Position numbers and translations under genes: made by a program | The notes under the pieces: generated by a model | Database searches by the model: none | What the model was told of the DNA's origin: nothing | Seen by the model: the letters and a program-made list of their open reading frames with translations, nothing else | Assembly: GCA_947460235.1 (NCBI GenBank) | Contig: CANHGK010000013.1 | Coordinates: 8,509-72,508 of the forward strand | Source of the DNA: Paenibacillaceae bacterium | GTDB lineage: Bacteria > Bacillota > Bacilli > Paenibacillales > CANHGK01 | DNA length: 64,000 nucleotides | Direction: 5' to 3' | In this document: piece after piece, positions 10,972 through 20,622 of the stretch | How positions within the stretch are numbered: position 1 is the stretch's first letter | How the letters are laid out: every line of letters starts with the position of its first letter

Positions 10972-11101
10972 CCGAACTCCCCCTACATCTGCTTTTTATG
11001 AAGCAAAAATATGCCGAAGACCGTTAATTTGGAACAAAAAAGCCTCTTTGTATCTTACCACAAAGAAGGCTTTAATTTTATACAATCTAGATGAAATTCG
11101 A

Positions 11102-11995
11102 TTACCAACCAAGCATTAACAATACGGAGAGCGCCGTCAAATACCAAATCGAATAGAAAAACCAACGTTTTGCCCATTTCTCTTCTTCGATCGGTCCAAA
11201 CCCGCGGACAAGCCCATACATCCAATATAATCCTAGTACGATCGAAGTAACCAAGAATACAGGTCCTGCAAAATTACAACCATAAAATAATAAAGTCACT
11301 GGAATCAATGCAGCTAAGTAGCGAACCATTTGGATTTTCGTCGCCTCAACCCCATGTACAACCGGTAAAAGCGGAAAACCCGCTGCCCGATATTCTTCGC
11401 GTCTACGAATGGCAAGCGCCAAAAAGTGCGGTGGTTGCCACAAGTATAAAAAGCTAAATAACAACAACGCACCCATATCAAATGAATTCGTTACTGCACA
11501 ATATCCGATCACTGGAGGAATTGAACCTGCAATTCCGCCCCATACCGTACTTAGTGTCGATGTACGTTTCAACCAGTACGTATATAGCCAAACATAACTT
11601 AACCAACCGGTTAACCCAAGAATCGCACTAAGTGAATTCACTAAATATAATGAACTAACTCCAGCAAGTCCAAGTAAAATGCCATAGGTTAGTACGAACG
11701 TCACACTCATCCGTTGCATTGGCAATGCGCGATGTTGCGTTCGGGCCATGCGTTGATCCATTTCTCGATCCAAAATATTATTAAATACGCAGCCGGATGC
11801 CATTACCAGCGCACTTCCCAACGTCATCAATAACCATTCGATCCAAGTCCAACCAGCGGCATCATGTTTGACTGCCAAGAAAAATCCAGCCCAAGCTGTG
11901 ACCAAATTCGACATAATAATCCGTGGTTTCGTCAACGTGATTAAATCACGCCATATCGATTGATTTATTTGCCCCGCCATGACCGATTCGGTCAA
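11102..11995 (-). CDS. ctaB: Protoheme IX farnesyltransferase (heme O synthase)
   Basis: LTKPRI, DREMDQRMART..RALP, YTYWLKR, LWQPPHF, EYRAAGFPLLP; start tentatively TTG 11995 after AGGAGG (ATG 12025 also possible). Confidence 0.93.
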   Translation of the reverse strand: MTESVMAGQINQSIWRDLITLTKPRIIMSNLVTAWAGFFLAVKHDAAGWTWIEWLLMTLGSALVMASGCVFNNILDREMDQRMARTQHRALPMQRMSVTFVLTYGILLGLAGVSSLYLVNSLSAILGLTGWLSYVWLYTYWLKRTSTLSTVWGGIAGSIPPVIGYCAVTNSFDMGALLLFSFLYLWQPPHFLALAIRRREEYRAAGFPLLPVVHGVEATKIQMVRYLAALIPVTLLFYGCNFAGPVFLVTSIVLGLYWMYGLVRGFGPIEEEKWAKRWFFYSIWYLTALSVLLMLGW

Positions 11996-12021
11996 GTCGT
12001 CCGCCTCCTTCTGCACACTTG

Positions 12022-12228
12022 TCATGGATTCATTCCCCACCCATACCAAGCTAAAACAATCAGCAATCCGAGCGTTACGCCTGGATAACAAAACCAAGCC
12101 CAGTCCCAGCGTACTACTTCATTGCCTATCTGTTTCGATTTTCGAACACGCCATACTGAAAAAAATTCAGCGGCAACGTAAAGCAAAACCGAAATCAGCA
12201 ACGTTAGTTGAAACCATGTATTTTGCAT
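12022..12228 (-). CDS. Small two-TM membrane protein
   Basis: 68 aa with two hydrophobic segments, GAGG RBS, directly upstream of ctaB. Confidence 0.5.
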   Translation of the reverse strand: MQNTWFQLTLLISVLLYVAAEFFSVWRVRKSKQIGNEVVRWDWAWFCYPGVTLGLLIVLAWYGWGMNP

Positions 12229-12326
12229 TTTTTCCCGCACCTCTTTCTCTAGTCGCATTCGCTAACACATGATATCATAACAAGTAGGCAATAAGAAAAC
12301 AACTTTTTACCGCAAGGAGGTGGAAA

Positions 12327-13349
12327 ATGGATAGCGTTACGCATGTCTGTTTCGGAATAGGTCTTGCAGCATTAGCTCATTGGGATCCTACGCTAGCAAC
12401 ATCACCCGCAGCATTTCAATCCATTGCGATTGCCACCGTTGCCGGATCTGTAATACCGGACTGTGATACCATATTCCGTTTGGGTGGAAACGCGAACTTT
12501 TTACGACAACATCGCGGAATTACTCACTCTTTACCGTTTTTACTCGTTTGGGCTTTTGGGATCGCAGGTGCCGTTTCGCTGATTCCCAATGCGGCGAATT
12601 TTATAATCCTTTTCATTTGGACGTCCATTGCACTTATCCTTCATGTACTAACTGATGTACTAAATCCATATGGCACACAAGTATTCATTCCATTTTCCAA
12701 AAAGCGATACGCTTGGAACGTGCTACCAACGTTCGATCCATTTATTTTTACAATTCATTTAATTGGAATCATCGGTTGGGTTCAATCAATTGCTCCAGTG
12801 CATGTAATCGCAAGTATTTCGTATGTGATGATTGGAGTTTATATTGGTTGGCGATTCCTTAAACAGCGTAATGTCATCCGGAATTTACCTCATATTGATA
12901 AGAATTACGCTCGCGCTGACCATTATTGGGCGCTCCCTACTGCCAATCCGTTCCGTTTTGAAATAGGCAAACGAACTTCTAAACATACGTTCCATACGGG
13001 TACCCTTTCGTATCATAACATCACATGGCTTCATCAATGGGTCAGTGACAAACATCCGGCCATTTTGAATTCGACAACCCATGACACGGTAAAAGCACTC
13101 ATTGAATTTAGTAATGATCAAGTCGTTCATGTATATGACCATGATTGGGGCACAGAAGTACGCTGGTTTGACGTACGATACACGTACCGTAAAAACTTCC
13201 CGCTCGTTGCATCGGTGATGATGGATCGAAATTTGCAACCCATTTCCGGCAATGTCGGTTGGATGAATGAACGTCAATTGCATAAAAAACATAACCGCAC
13301 CCATTTATTACGAATCAAAAAACAAAAACAGGACCATTCCATTCGCTAA
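12327..13349 (+). CDS. Membrane metal-dependent hydrolase (YdjM/YfhP family)
   Basis: MDSVTH, GSVIPDCD, HRGITHS, LHVLTDVLNPYGT, FDPFI. Confidence 0.85.
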   Translation: MDSVTHVCFGIGLAALAHWDPTLATSPAAFQSIAIATVAGSVIPDCDTIFRLGGNANFLRQHRGITHSLPFLLVWAFGIAGAVSLIPNAANFIILFIWTSIALILHVLTDVLNPYGTQVFIPFSKKRYAWNVLPTFDPFIFTIHLIGIIGWVQSIAPVHVIASISYVMIGVYIGWRFLKQRNVIRNLPHIDKNYARADHYWALPTANPFRFEIGKRTSKHTFHTGTLSYHNITWLHQWVSDKHPAILNSTTHDTVKALIEFSNDQVVHVYDHDWGTEVRWFDVRYTYRKNFPLVASVMMDRNLQPISGNVGWMNERQLHKKHNRTHLLRIKKQKQDHSIR

Positions 13350-13419
13350 GCACGACGTGCCCGCGAAATGAAAGGTCCTGTTTTCTTTTGCATCCTGCAC
13401 ACGGGTACGGGATGTTACT

Positions 13420-13677
13420 TCATCGAAACTGATTCGGATTCGGATTCGGATTCGGATTTGGCTTTACGCCACCTGTTGTACCCATTGATTGTTCAGCCAA
13501 TTGAACCAATTTGCGCGTCATACCGCCACCAATGGATCCATTCTCACGAGAAGTCATACTGCCGTAATCACCATTCGCAGGTAATTGAATACCCAACTCA
13601 CCAGCTACTTCGTACTTCAACTTCTCGAGTGCTGCCATCGCTTGTGGAACCACAGGTACTTTACTGTTACGGGCCAT
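13420..13677 (-). CDS. Alpha/beta-type small acid-soluble spore protein with (PN)n tail
   Basis: ALEKLKYEVAGELG, MTSRENGSIGGGMTRKLVQLAEQ. Confidence 0.92.
   Translation of the reverse strand: MARNSKVPVVPQAMAALEKLKYEVAGELGIQLPANGDYGSMTSRENGSIGGGMTRKLVQLAEQSMGTTGGVKPNPNPNPNPNQFR
13431..13454. repeat. Hexamer tandem repeat (GATTCG)x4 encoding Pro-Asn repeats
   Basis: Directly visible at the 3' end of the SASP gene. Confidence 0.9.
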
Positions 13678-13739
13678 CTGAATCGCTCCTTTTATTGGTG
13701 CCTACCGGTGGCAATGCAAGTTTTGCAAGCTTGCTCAAA

Positions 13740-13769
13740 CAGTATGTGACCAAAGCACGAGAACTATAC
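13740..13769 (-). promoter_or_regulatory. SigG promoter of the SASP gene
   Basis: GTATA-N18-CATACTG on the minus strand, matching the GNATR-N18-CATNNTA consensus except for the last base. Confidence 0.75.
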
Positions 13770-13788
13770 ATGGTTATTCCGTAACATG

Positions 13789-14772
13789 TTAAGGCATCAA
13801 AAATCCCATGCGTTCTTTCAATTGATTCAATGTTTTGTCCGCCACTTCAGAAGCTCGCGCTGCACCATCGCGCAAAATTACTCGAAGGTCATTGGACTCA
13901 CGGATGTCGCGGTATTTTTTCTGAATCGGTTCGAGCAACGTGACAACTACATCGGCCAGTTCTTTCTTAAAGTTACCATAACCTTGTCCTTCAAAACGAC
14001 GCACGACATCTTCGATTGATACGCCAGCACATGCCGCATAAATGCTAATCAAATTGCTCACTTCGGGTTTCTCTTCCGGATGATACTGCACCTCACGACC
14101 CGAATCAGTAACTGCTCGGCTTAGTTTTTTGCGAAGAACATCTGGAGAATCAAGTAACGCAATATAACTGCCCGGATTCGGATTGCTTTTGCTCATTTTC
14201 TTACTCGCATCATCTAATGACATGACACGTTTGCCGACTGGAGGAATATATCCGTCTGGGACTGTGAAAAGCTCACCGAACCGATTATTCATTCGAATCG
14301 CAAGATCGCGCGTTAACTCCAAATGTTGCCTTTGATCGTCACCGACTGGAACAAGTCCTGCTTGGTATAACAAAATATCGGCAGCCATTAATGACGGATA
14401 CACAAACAATCCCGCTCCAACGGAATCTTTCCCCATCGCCTTATCTTTAAACTGGGTCATCCGCTCAAGTTCACCCATATACGTCATCGTAGTGAGTAAC
14501 CATCCGAGTTCTGCGTGTGCACGAACATGAGATTGGATAAACACTGTTGCAAGTTTTGGGTCGATTCCGCAGGCCAAATACAATGCAGCAACCGATTCAG
14601 TTTGCTCCAATAGCGCCTCTGGTTCTTGTGGAACAGTAATTGCATGCAAATCTACCACCATAAAATAACAATCATTCTCATGTTGCAATTTAACAAAATT
14701 CAGCATTGCGCCGATGTAATTCCCGAGCGTCAATTGACCACTCGGCTGAATCCCAGATAATACACGTGCCAT
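13789..14772 (-). CDS. trpS: Tryptophan--tRNA ligase
   Basis: SGIQPSG, TLGN, VDLHAIT, VPVGDDQRQHLE, KMSKS. Confidence 0.98.
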   Translation of the reverse strand: MARVLSGIQPSGQLTLGNYIGAMLNFVKLQHENDCYFMVVDLHAITVPQEPEALLEQTESVAALYLACGIDPKLATVFIQSHVRAHAELGWLLTTMTYMGELERMTQFKDKAMGKDSVGAGLFVYPSLMAADILLYQAGLVPVGDDQRQHLELTRDLAIRMNNRFGELFTVPDGYIPPVGKRVMSLDDASKKMSKSNPNPGSYIALLDSPDVLRKKLSRAVTDSGREVQYHPEEKPEVSNLISIYAACAGVSIEDVVRRFEGQGYGNFKKELADVVVTLLEPIQKKYRDIRESNDLRVILRDGAARASEVADKTLNQLKERMGFLMP

Positions 14773-14884
14773 ATTTGAATCCTCCAATAATTTAGACGAC
14801 GTTATTCAACCAAAAAGCGCCGCTACTCAGCCACACCAAAAACGGCGGGCGCGAGCAACTGCGCTTGTCCAACTACTTATTACA

Positions 14885-15127
14885 TTAAAATGACTTTTTC
14901 TTGCGATTCAAAGAAGGTGAAAAAACATCCTTAATATATTGTTGCACGTAATTAATCGGAATACCTGTCGTGTTTGCAACTTCCATCATATTGCACCCTG
15001 GATGATTTTTCACGTATTCACGATATTCATCATAACGATCATCTAATTTACTCTGACAAGTAGGGCAATATGAACTTAATGACTTTGAAAACATGCCACC
15101 GCACAACTTACAGTTGGCTAAATTCAT
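14885..15127 (-). CDS. YvyF-like Zn-ribbon/HTH protein
   Basis: MNLANCKLCG...CPTC followed by EYVKNHP...EVANTTG HTH-like segment. Confidence 0.7.
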   Translation of the reverse strand: MNLANCKLCGGMFSKSLSSYCPTCQSKLDDRYDEYREYVKNHPGCNMMEVANTTGIPINYVQQYIKDVFSPSLNRKKKSF

Positions 15128-15206
15128 GATTCAGAACGCTCCTCTCGGTCGTAGGAAATCTCGCTTTTACATTATAACCGACAGACTTGATGATTTCTAT
15201 AACTAT

Positions 15207-15926
15207 TTATAACCACGCCAACATCTTTCCAACCAATAAAAGAAAAATCGGTACCAAAACGCCAATACAAGCACCCAGCGTAATCGATGCAAGTTGACTT
15301 CTCGCACGGTCCATCAGCACAATCGCACTTAATACCGCCATCGTCATGCCAATTAATAGCACACGTGTATCCCATGTCAATAATCCAACGAGCACCGCCA
15401 TCGAAAACATGACTGAAGAGATTAAGCTTGGACGGATCCACGGATTTTTACGTGCAAATAGAGCTTGCATCCCGATAACCAAAATCATGACAGCCGTTAC
15501 AATTACCCACAATAACCACACATTATCAGGATTTGTAACCATCCAACCTTGCATCCGCTCTTTGTGCAACCACGTATCGATTGCTGGGAAAAAAATTACC
15601 ATGCCCACAACAACGGCAAAAAACGATGTAATAAGTACTGCGCCAGCAGCGACATCTTTAGCGATCTTGGCAAGTTTATGCCATTCTGGAGATGCCAGAT
15701 CAACTGCCTTTTCTATAGCGGTATTCATTAATTCGGTCACAACGACCATCATAATTGCAAACATTAAGAATAAAATATCTGTTTTCGATAATTGAAAAAT
15801 AAAGGCGAGGCCTAGCGCTAGGAGCGCAAGCACGAAGTGAATTCGCATATTGCGCTGCGTTAAAAGCACATAAATTAGACCTTCATAAGCAAATCGAAAA
15901 CTGCGCAACAATCCGCGAATGTTCAT
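15207..15926 (-). CDS. dgkA: Diacylglycerol/undecaprenol kinase with C-terminal membrane extension
   Basis: SFRFAYEG, QRNMRIH, ELMNTAIEKAVD, AKIAKDVAAGAVL. Confidence 0.92.
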   Translation of the reverse strand: MNIRGLLRSFRFAYEGLIYVLLTQRNMRIHFVLALLALGLAFIFQLSKTDILFLMFAIMMVVVTELMNTAIEKAVDLASPEWHKLAKIAKDVAAGAVLITSFFAVVVGMVIFFPAIDTWLHKERMQGWMVTNPDNVWLLWVIVTAVMILVIGMQALFARKNPWIRPSLISSVMFSMAVLVGLLTWDTRVLLIGMTMAVLSAIVLMDRARSQLASITLGACIGVLVPIFLLLVGKMLAWL

Positions 15927-16399
15927 GATCGGATTAACCCGATTTGAGCTAATATCGCTTCCTGTTTGGCGAACATTTCTTGCTCGTCCGCTTCTGATTC
16001 ATGATCATATCCAATCAAATGTAAAAATCCATGAACGAATAAAAATCCAATTTCCCGTTCAATGGAGTGGCCGTATTCTTCACTTTGTGCGATCGCTTTT
16101 GGGACTGAGATAATAATATCTCCGAGAATCGGTACTTCCTCCTCATCCAACCAATCGCCTTCCGCGTCATCTCCTTCAAGCATCGAAAACGAAAGTACAT
16201 CCGTTGGCCGATCGATCCCGCGATATTCTTTGTTCATCTCATGAATTTGTTTATCGTCGACAAACGTAAGCGCGACTTCGCCATCTTCCCATTCTTCCGA
16301 GCTTGCGGCCACATCAAGTAATTTTTCAAGTACCGTAATCAATTCTGGCTGAATCGGCCAAATTGTTTGTTCATCATTCCATACTAGGTGCATTGCCAT
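15923..16399 (-). CDS. ybeY: rRNA maturation endoribonuclease YbeY
   Basis: NKEYRGIDRPTDVLSF, LGDIIIS, HGFLHLIGYDH. Confidence 0.97.
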   Translation of the reverse strand: MAMHLVWNDEQTIWPIQPELITVLEKLLDVAASSEEWEDGEVALTFVDDKQIHEMNKEYRGIDRPTDVLSFSMLEGDDAEGDWLDEEEVPILGDIIISVPKAIAQSEEYGHSIEREIGFLFVHGFLHLIGYDHESEADEQEMFAKQEAILAQIGLIRS

Positions 16400-17378
16400 A
16401 CATCGCATCCCCTTCTTTTGTGGCACTCGCTTGGCTATATGCGGTAATGATTTTCTGTACAAGTGGATGACGAACAACATCATGTTCCGTCAAATGAATA
16501 AAGCCGATCTCTTCGATCCCCTTCAAGATCCGCTCCGCTTCGCGAAGTCCGCTCTTTTTTCCGCGCGGCAAATCGACTTGGGTGATATCTCCGGTGAGGA
16601 CCATTTTTGCACTTTGACCAAGACGGGTAAGCACCATTTTCATCTGTTCTGGTGTCGTATTTTGTGCCTCATCCAAAATAACAAAGGCATCATCAAGCGT
16701 TCTTCCTCTCATGTATGCAAGCGGCGCTACTTCGATTAAACCACGCTCGATGTATTTCGTTGTTTGTTCTAGGCCGAGCATATCATGCAACGCATCATAG
16801 AGAGGACGTAAATACGGATCCACCTTTTCTTGTAAATCACCCGGTAAAAACCCAAGATTTTCTCCAGCCTCAACGGCGGGACGTGTCAACACGATGCGTT
16901 TCACTTTTCCTTCTCGAAGTGCAACAACCGCAAGCACAACCGCAAGATATGTTTTACCAGTACCCGCAGGACCGATCCCAAAGACAATATCTTTCTTTTG
17001 AATCGTGGAAACATAATGTTTCTGACCAATGGTTTTTAAATAGACAGGTTTGCCTTTTTGTGTGGTTGCAATCACTTTTTTATACAAATTCAACAGTTGG
17101 TCTGCTCGGTGATCAACCGCAAGTTCAATGGCATAGCGCAGATCACGTTCACTAAGCACATGCCCAGATCGTATTAATTCCAAGAGCACGTGAAACAAAT
17201 GCTCCAACCAACTGACATCTTTATCGCTTCCTTGAATAACAATTGCATTGTCGCGAGTAGTTACTGCCGCTGTCGACTGTTCTTGAAGCAATTGCAACAG
17301 TAAATCACGCGGGCCGAAAAGTGCCATCGCTTCATTTGCATTTTGTAATTCCAACCGAATCACTTGGGCATTTTTCAT
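16374..17378 (-). CDS. phoH: PhoH family ATPase
   Basis: GPAGTGKT, TRPAVEAGE.LGFLPG, YMRGRTL, DEAQN, DVVRHPLV. Confidence 0.96.
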   Translation of the reverse strand: MKNAQVIRLELQNANEAMALFGPRDLLLQLLQEQSTAAVTTRDNAIVIQGSDKDVSWLEHLFHVLLELIRSGHVLSERDLRYAIELAVDHRADQLLNLYKKVIATTQKGKPVYLKTIGQKHYVSTIQKKDIVFGIGPAGTGKTYLAVVLAVVALREGKVKRIVLTRPAVEAGENLGFLPGDLQEKVDPYLRPLYDALHDMLGLEQTTKYIERGLIEVAPLAYMRGRTLDDAFVILDEAQNTTPEQMKMVLTRLGQSAKMVLTGDITQVDLPRGKKSGLREAERILKGIEEIGFIHLTEHDVVRHPLVQKIITAYSQASATKEGDAMYGNAPSME

Positions 17379-18585
17379 TGATCGTGACAGGCTCCTCTCG
17401 GCTTATAACTTCTTCCATTTCGTACAACACTGTCAAATTCACTTTATCATGATCGTTTTGTACTTGCAAAATCTTTTCGGTAATCATTTTGGAAGAAGGA
17501 CCTGCGCGTTGTCTAACGTTTTGCCTTGCCAACTCAAGCGCACGCTGCGTTGACTGACTTGGCGTTAATTGTTCCATGACGCTTTTCGTTTCCCACTGCT
17601 GATCAATCGAAATCCCAAACGGCAATGACCACGGTCCGAATTGCCACGGCGTATGGATCGTACGAAGCATTTGTGTCGGAAACGGTTTTTGTTTGCCATA
17701 AAATAATGGCATACGAAACTGTATTTTGGGGATCGAAAAATACAATTCATCATTACGTTCGCCGGTCATCACTTGATAGGTTTGCCGATATGGTACTCGT
17801 AGACGAAGTTCGTACCATACGGTTCCGAATACTTGCCCTGCCGCATGAAGTAAAACTTGGTCAGGCGGTTCACCAAGGACACCGCTAACCAATACATCAC
17901 CTGTTTTTACGCGTTGATGCCGCATCACAATTTCTTTACCCGCATTCACTTCAAAACGACTTACCGTTGCCTCTGTCGTCGCAATTAAATTTGTTGGATT
18001 TAATCCTGTGGATGTATCATTGCTTTTTTGCGGCACTACTTGCTCCTGCAGTTCGATTGAATATGCCGTCCCCTCGCGCCGCACACCGACCCATGTTAAC
18101 CCTGGAACTCGCTGCATCACCTGACGTGAGATCATTTCGGTATCTGGCAATCCATCCATCCATGCCCACTTTTCTAAACCAATCGAACGAAGTGCCTCGT
18201 TAACGTACACTTTTCGTTCCACAGTTCCGCCTTGAATACGTACATCCCATACAATATGAAAACAATAATACTGAATGACCAAGCACATGGTAATTATTGC
18301 GATAAGAAATGGATTTCGAACCAATCGATACATTCTGCTAAACCAGTCATCATCCATCACTTTTTGCAGACGCAATCCTTTAATTCCGTTCGCACGCGAA
18401 CGTCTTCTTACACGTTTCCAGTTCATGAAAAGCCTTTTGCAGTCCGCAACATCCAGCGAGAGCATGAACGAATCGTTAACAACGACTATTCGTGTGAGAC
18501 GCAAACCATCGTTTTGACATTCTGTTACCCAGTCCGACAAGACTTCCAATGGACCGCTTGCCCGCAGCCTTACAACGCGCTTCAT
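17332..18585 (-). CDS. yqfD: Sporulation protein YqfD (divergent)
   Basis: VWDVRIQG, LTWVGV, GDVLVSG, GTVWYE; conserved position between yqfC and phoH. Confidence 0.8.
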   Translation of the reverse strand: MKRVVRLRASGPLEVLSDWVTECQNDGLRLTRIVVVNDSFMLSLDVADCKRLFMNWKRVRRRSRANGIKGLRLQKVMDDDWFSRMYRLVRNPFLIAIITMCLVIQYYCFHIVWDVRIQGGTVERKVYVNEALRSIGLEKWAWMDGLPDTEMISRQVMQRVPGLTWVGVRREGTAYSIELQEQVVPQKSNDTSTGLNPTNLIATTEATVSRFEVNAGKEIVMRHQRVKTGDVLVSGVLGEPPDQVLLHAAGQVFGTVWYELRLRVPYRQTYQVMTGERNDELYFSIPKIQFRMPLFYGKQKPFPTQMLRTIHTPWQFGPWSLPFGISIDQQWETKSVMEQLTPSQSTQRALELARQNVRQRAGPSSKMITEKILQVQNDHDKVNLTVLYEMEEVISREEPVTINEKCPSDSVGITKCK

Positions 18586-18821
18586 GTACCCCACTCCACT
18601 CGGTGTACATGACCTCGGATTTCCAATAAATTTCCGTCCCATTTTGAGATTTCTAAATCCTTACCAGTAATCATCATTTTGACTCGTTCCGCCAATAACT
18701 CTATCCGGTCTGGACCGAACGCACGAATGCGTTTTACATCATGAACATAGACCAATTGTTCACTCATCGCCCAAACATGCGGCTGATCACGCCACCACAT
18801 CACAACCGCCCCCGTTTTCAC
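18582..18821 (-). CDS. yqfC: YqfC/YabP-family sporulation protein (divergent)
   Basis: ITGKDLEI...LEIRGHV C-terminal pattern; ATGA overlap with yqfD. Confidence 0.6.
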   Translation of the reverse strand: MKTGAVVMWWRDQPHVWAMSEQLVYVHDVKRIRAFGPDRIELLAERVKMMITGKDLEISKWDGNLLEIRGHVHRVEWGT

Positions 18822-18918
18822 ATGTGATTCCTCACATTATTCGGAGTTAAGGGTAAAAAGAACCCGCCCAACCCGTGTCTAGTGTACGGTTTAGGCGGGC
18901 CAATGATGCTCACATTAC

Positions 18919-19125
18919 TTAGAAACCTTTATATTGAGGTTCTTCTTGCTCTAATTGTTGAACTCGCGTTGCAACTTGATCAACGATTTGCTGAGTTTGA
19001 GTTGCCGCATTTGTGAATAATTGTTTTGCTTCTTGATTTTGAGTGTTCAGTGCGAATGATTCCAAACTTGCTTGTGCACTTTTTAATGATGCGAGCGTCG
19101 TTTTTACTTGTGTTGCTACTGTCAT
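18919..19125 (-). CDS. DUF1657 domain protein
   Basis: MTVATQVKTTLASLKSAQASLESFALNTQNQEAK...EEPQYKGF. Confidence 0.9.
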   Translation of the reverse strand: MTVATQVKTTLASLKSAQASLESFALNTQNQEAKQLFTNAATQTQQIVDQVATRVQQLEQEEPQYKGF

Positions 19126-19200
19126 TGCGATGTCCCTCTTTCGATTAGTGGAATGGTCTTCACAAACCAATCTGCCCTTTTGCCATACAAATTATTCAAT

Positions 19201-19231
19201 GTATGTTCAACTCGCATATCGGAACATACTA
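19201..19231 (+). promoter_or_regulatory. Putative SigG/SigF promoter of the spoVA2-like operon
   Basis: GTATG-N19-CATACTA; spacer is one base longer than consensus. Confidence 0.45.
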
Positions 19232-19254
19232 CGGGCAAAAAAGGAGCGCTACCA

Positions 19255-20112
19255 ATGGACAATTGGCATATCGTATTTCGCGCATTAGGTGCAATTACGG
19301 CGTTATTTTTGCTTACAAAAATGCTTGGCAAAAAGCAAATCGCACAACTGACACTATTCGAATATATGGTGGGGATTACACTTGGCGATATTGCCGGATT
19401 TATTTCGACAGATGTTGAGAAAAATTATGGGCATGGGTTGATCGCACTTGGCGTTTGGACGCTAATCCCATTTGGTGTTGAATGGTTAACGCTAAAAAGC
19501 AAATGGGCCCGTGATTTTTTTGAAGGCCGAGGCACCGTGATTATTAAAGACGGAAAAATACTCGAAGATAACATGAAAAAAGAACGCTTAAACAGCGATG
19601 AGTTAATGTCACAACTTCGAAGTAAAAATGCCTTCGTTGCCGCCGACGTTGAATTCGCTGTACTCGAAGCGAACGGTGAACTAAGTGTCCTCCTTAAATC
19701 CGACCAACAACCACTCACACCGAAACATTTAGGGATCACCGTAGCCCCTGTGATGGCTCCCCAAACGGTAATCATGGACGGGATGATTTTGGATGAACCG
19801 CTCGCCACCGCTGGTCTTTCGCGTGACTGGTTATTAACAGAACTTAATTCGGTAGGTGTAACAGTAGACAATGTGTATTTGGCACAAGTAGACGGTTATC
19901 AACAATTATATATCGACGTTTTCGATGATAAATTGTCCATCCCGCTTCCGCAAACAAAGTTACTTGTATTTACTACACTAAAAAAATGTGCAGCCGATCT
20001 TGAACTTTTTGCACTAGGTACAAACAATAAACAAGCGAAACTAGCTTATTCCGAATCGGTGATGACGATGGACCGAGTCTTAACAATTATGGAACCAGTT
20101 CTCAAACGATAA
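19255..20112 (+). CDS. DUF421 (YetF)-DUF1657 fusion ('2Duf')
   Basis: LGKKQIAQLTLFEY..GITLG, IIKDGKILEDN, LEANGELSV, then KKCAADLELFALGTNN (DUF1657); start at ATG 19255 after AAGGAG. Confidence 0.9.
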   Translation: MDNWHIVFRALGAITALFLLTKMLGKKQIAQLTLFEYMVGITLGDIAGFISTDVEKNYGHGLIALGVWTLIPFGVEWLTLKSKWARDFFEGRGTVIIKDGKILEDNMKKERLNSDELMSQLRSKNAFVAADVEFAVLEANGELSVLLKSDQQPLTPKHLGITVAPVMAPQTVIMDGMILDEPLATAGLSRDWLLTELNSVGVTVDNVYLAQVDGYQQLYIDVFDDKLSIPLPQTKLLVFTTLKKCAADLELFALGTNNKQAKLAYSESVMTMDRVLTIMEPVLKR

Positions 20113-20130
20113 CCATAGGAGGCGAACATA

Positions 20131-20622
20131 ATGGAATTATCGCGAACACAGCGTAATCGATTAACACCAGTACAACGCAACTATTTAAGACTTGCTGCCC
20201 GGCACGAACCACGCCGGCGTATTGCACGAAATATGTTATGGGCTTTTGGAACTGGTGGTGGCATTTGTGCGATTGGTCAAGGTATCCAATTTGCATTTAT
20301 GCACTGGGCTGGATTCGATCAAAAAACGGCGGGAAATCCGACGGTCGCAGTGATGATTTTGCTATCAATCACATTCACATGCCTAGGTGTATATGACCGC
20401 TTCGCACAAAAGGCCGGAGCCGGCAGTGCGGTTCCAGTAACAGGGTTCGCAAATGCCATGTGCTCTGCAGCATTAGAACATCGCAGCGAAGGATTGGTAC
20501 TCGGTGTTGGGGGTCAACTATTTAAGGTAGCTGGTCCTGTGATCGTCTTTGGAACAACTGCGGCGTTTATATTCGCATTATTACGCGTGCTGATTATGCC
20601 ACTTTTTGGAGGTCATGCATGA
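20131..20622 (+). CDS. spoVAC: Stage V sporulation protein AC
   Basis: WAFGTGGGICAIGQ, AGAGSAVPVTGFAN, ALEHRSEG, AGPVIVFG. Confidence 0.95.
   Translation: MELSRTQRNRLTPVQRNYLRLAARHEPRRRIARNMLWAFGTGGGICAIGQGIQFAFMHWAGFDQKTAGNPTVAVMILLSITFTCLGVYDRFAQKAGAGSAVPVTGFANAMCSAALEHRSEGLVLGVGGQLFKVAGPVIVFGTTAAFIFALLRVLIMPLFGGHA

Noticed and set aside
10972-11101. Possible regulatory leader for asnS
   Set aside because: Only a simple hairpin (aaagcctctttgt...acaaagaaggcttt) is seen, best explained as the ctaB terminator
14788-14884. Possible T-box leader for trpS
   Set aside because: The GC-rich stem and T run look like a terminator, but there is no GGTGGNACC T-box motif and the space (~100 bp) is too short
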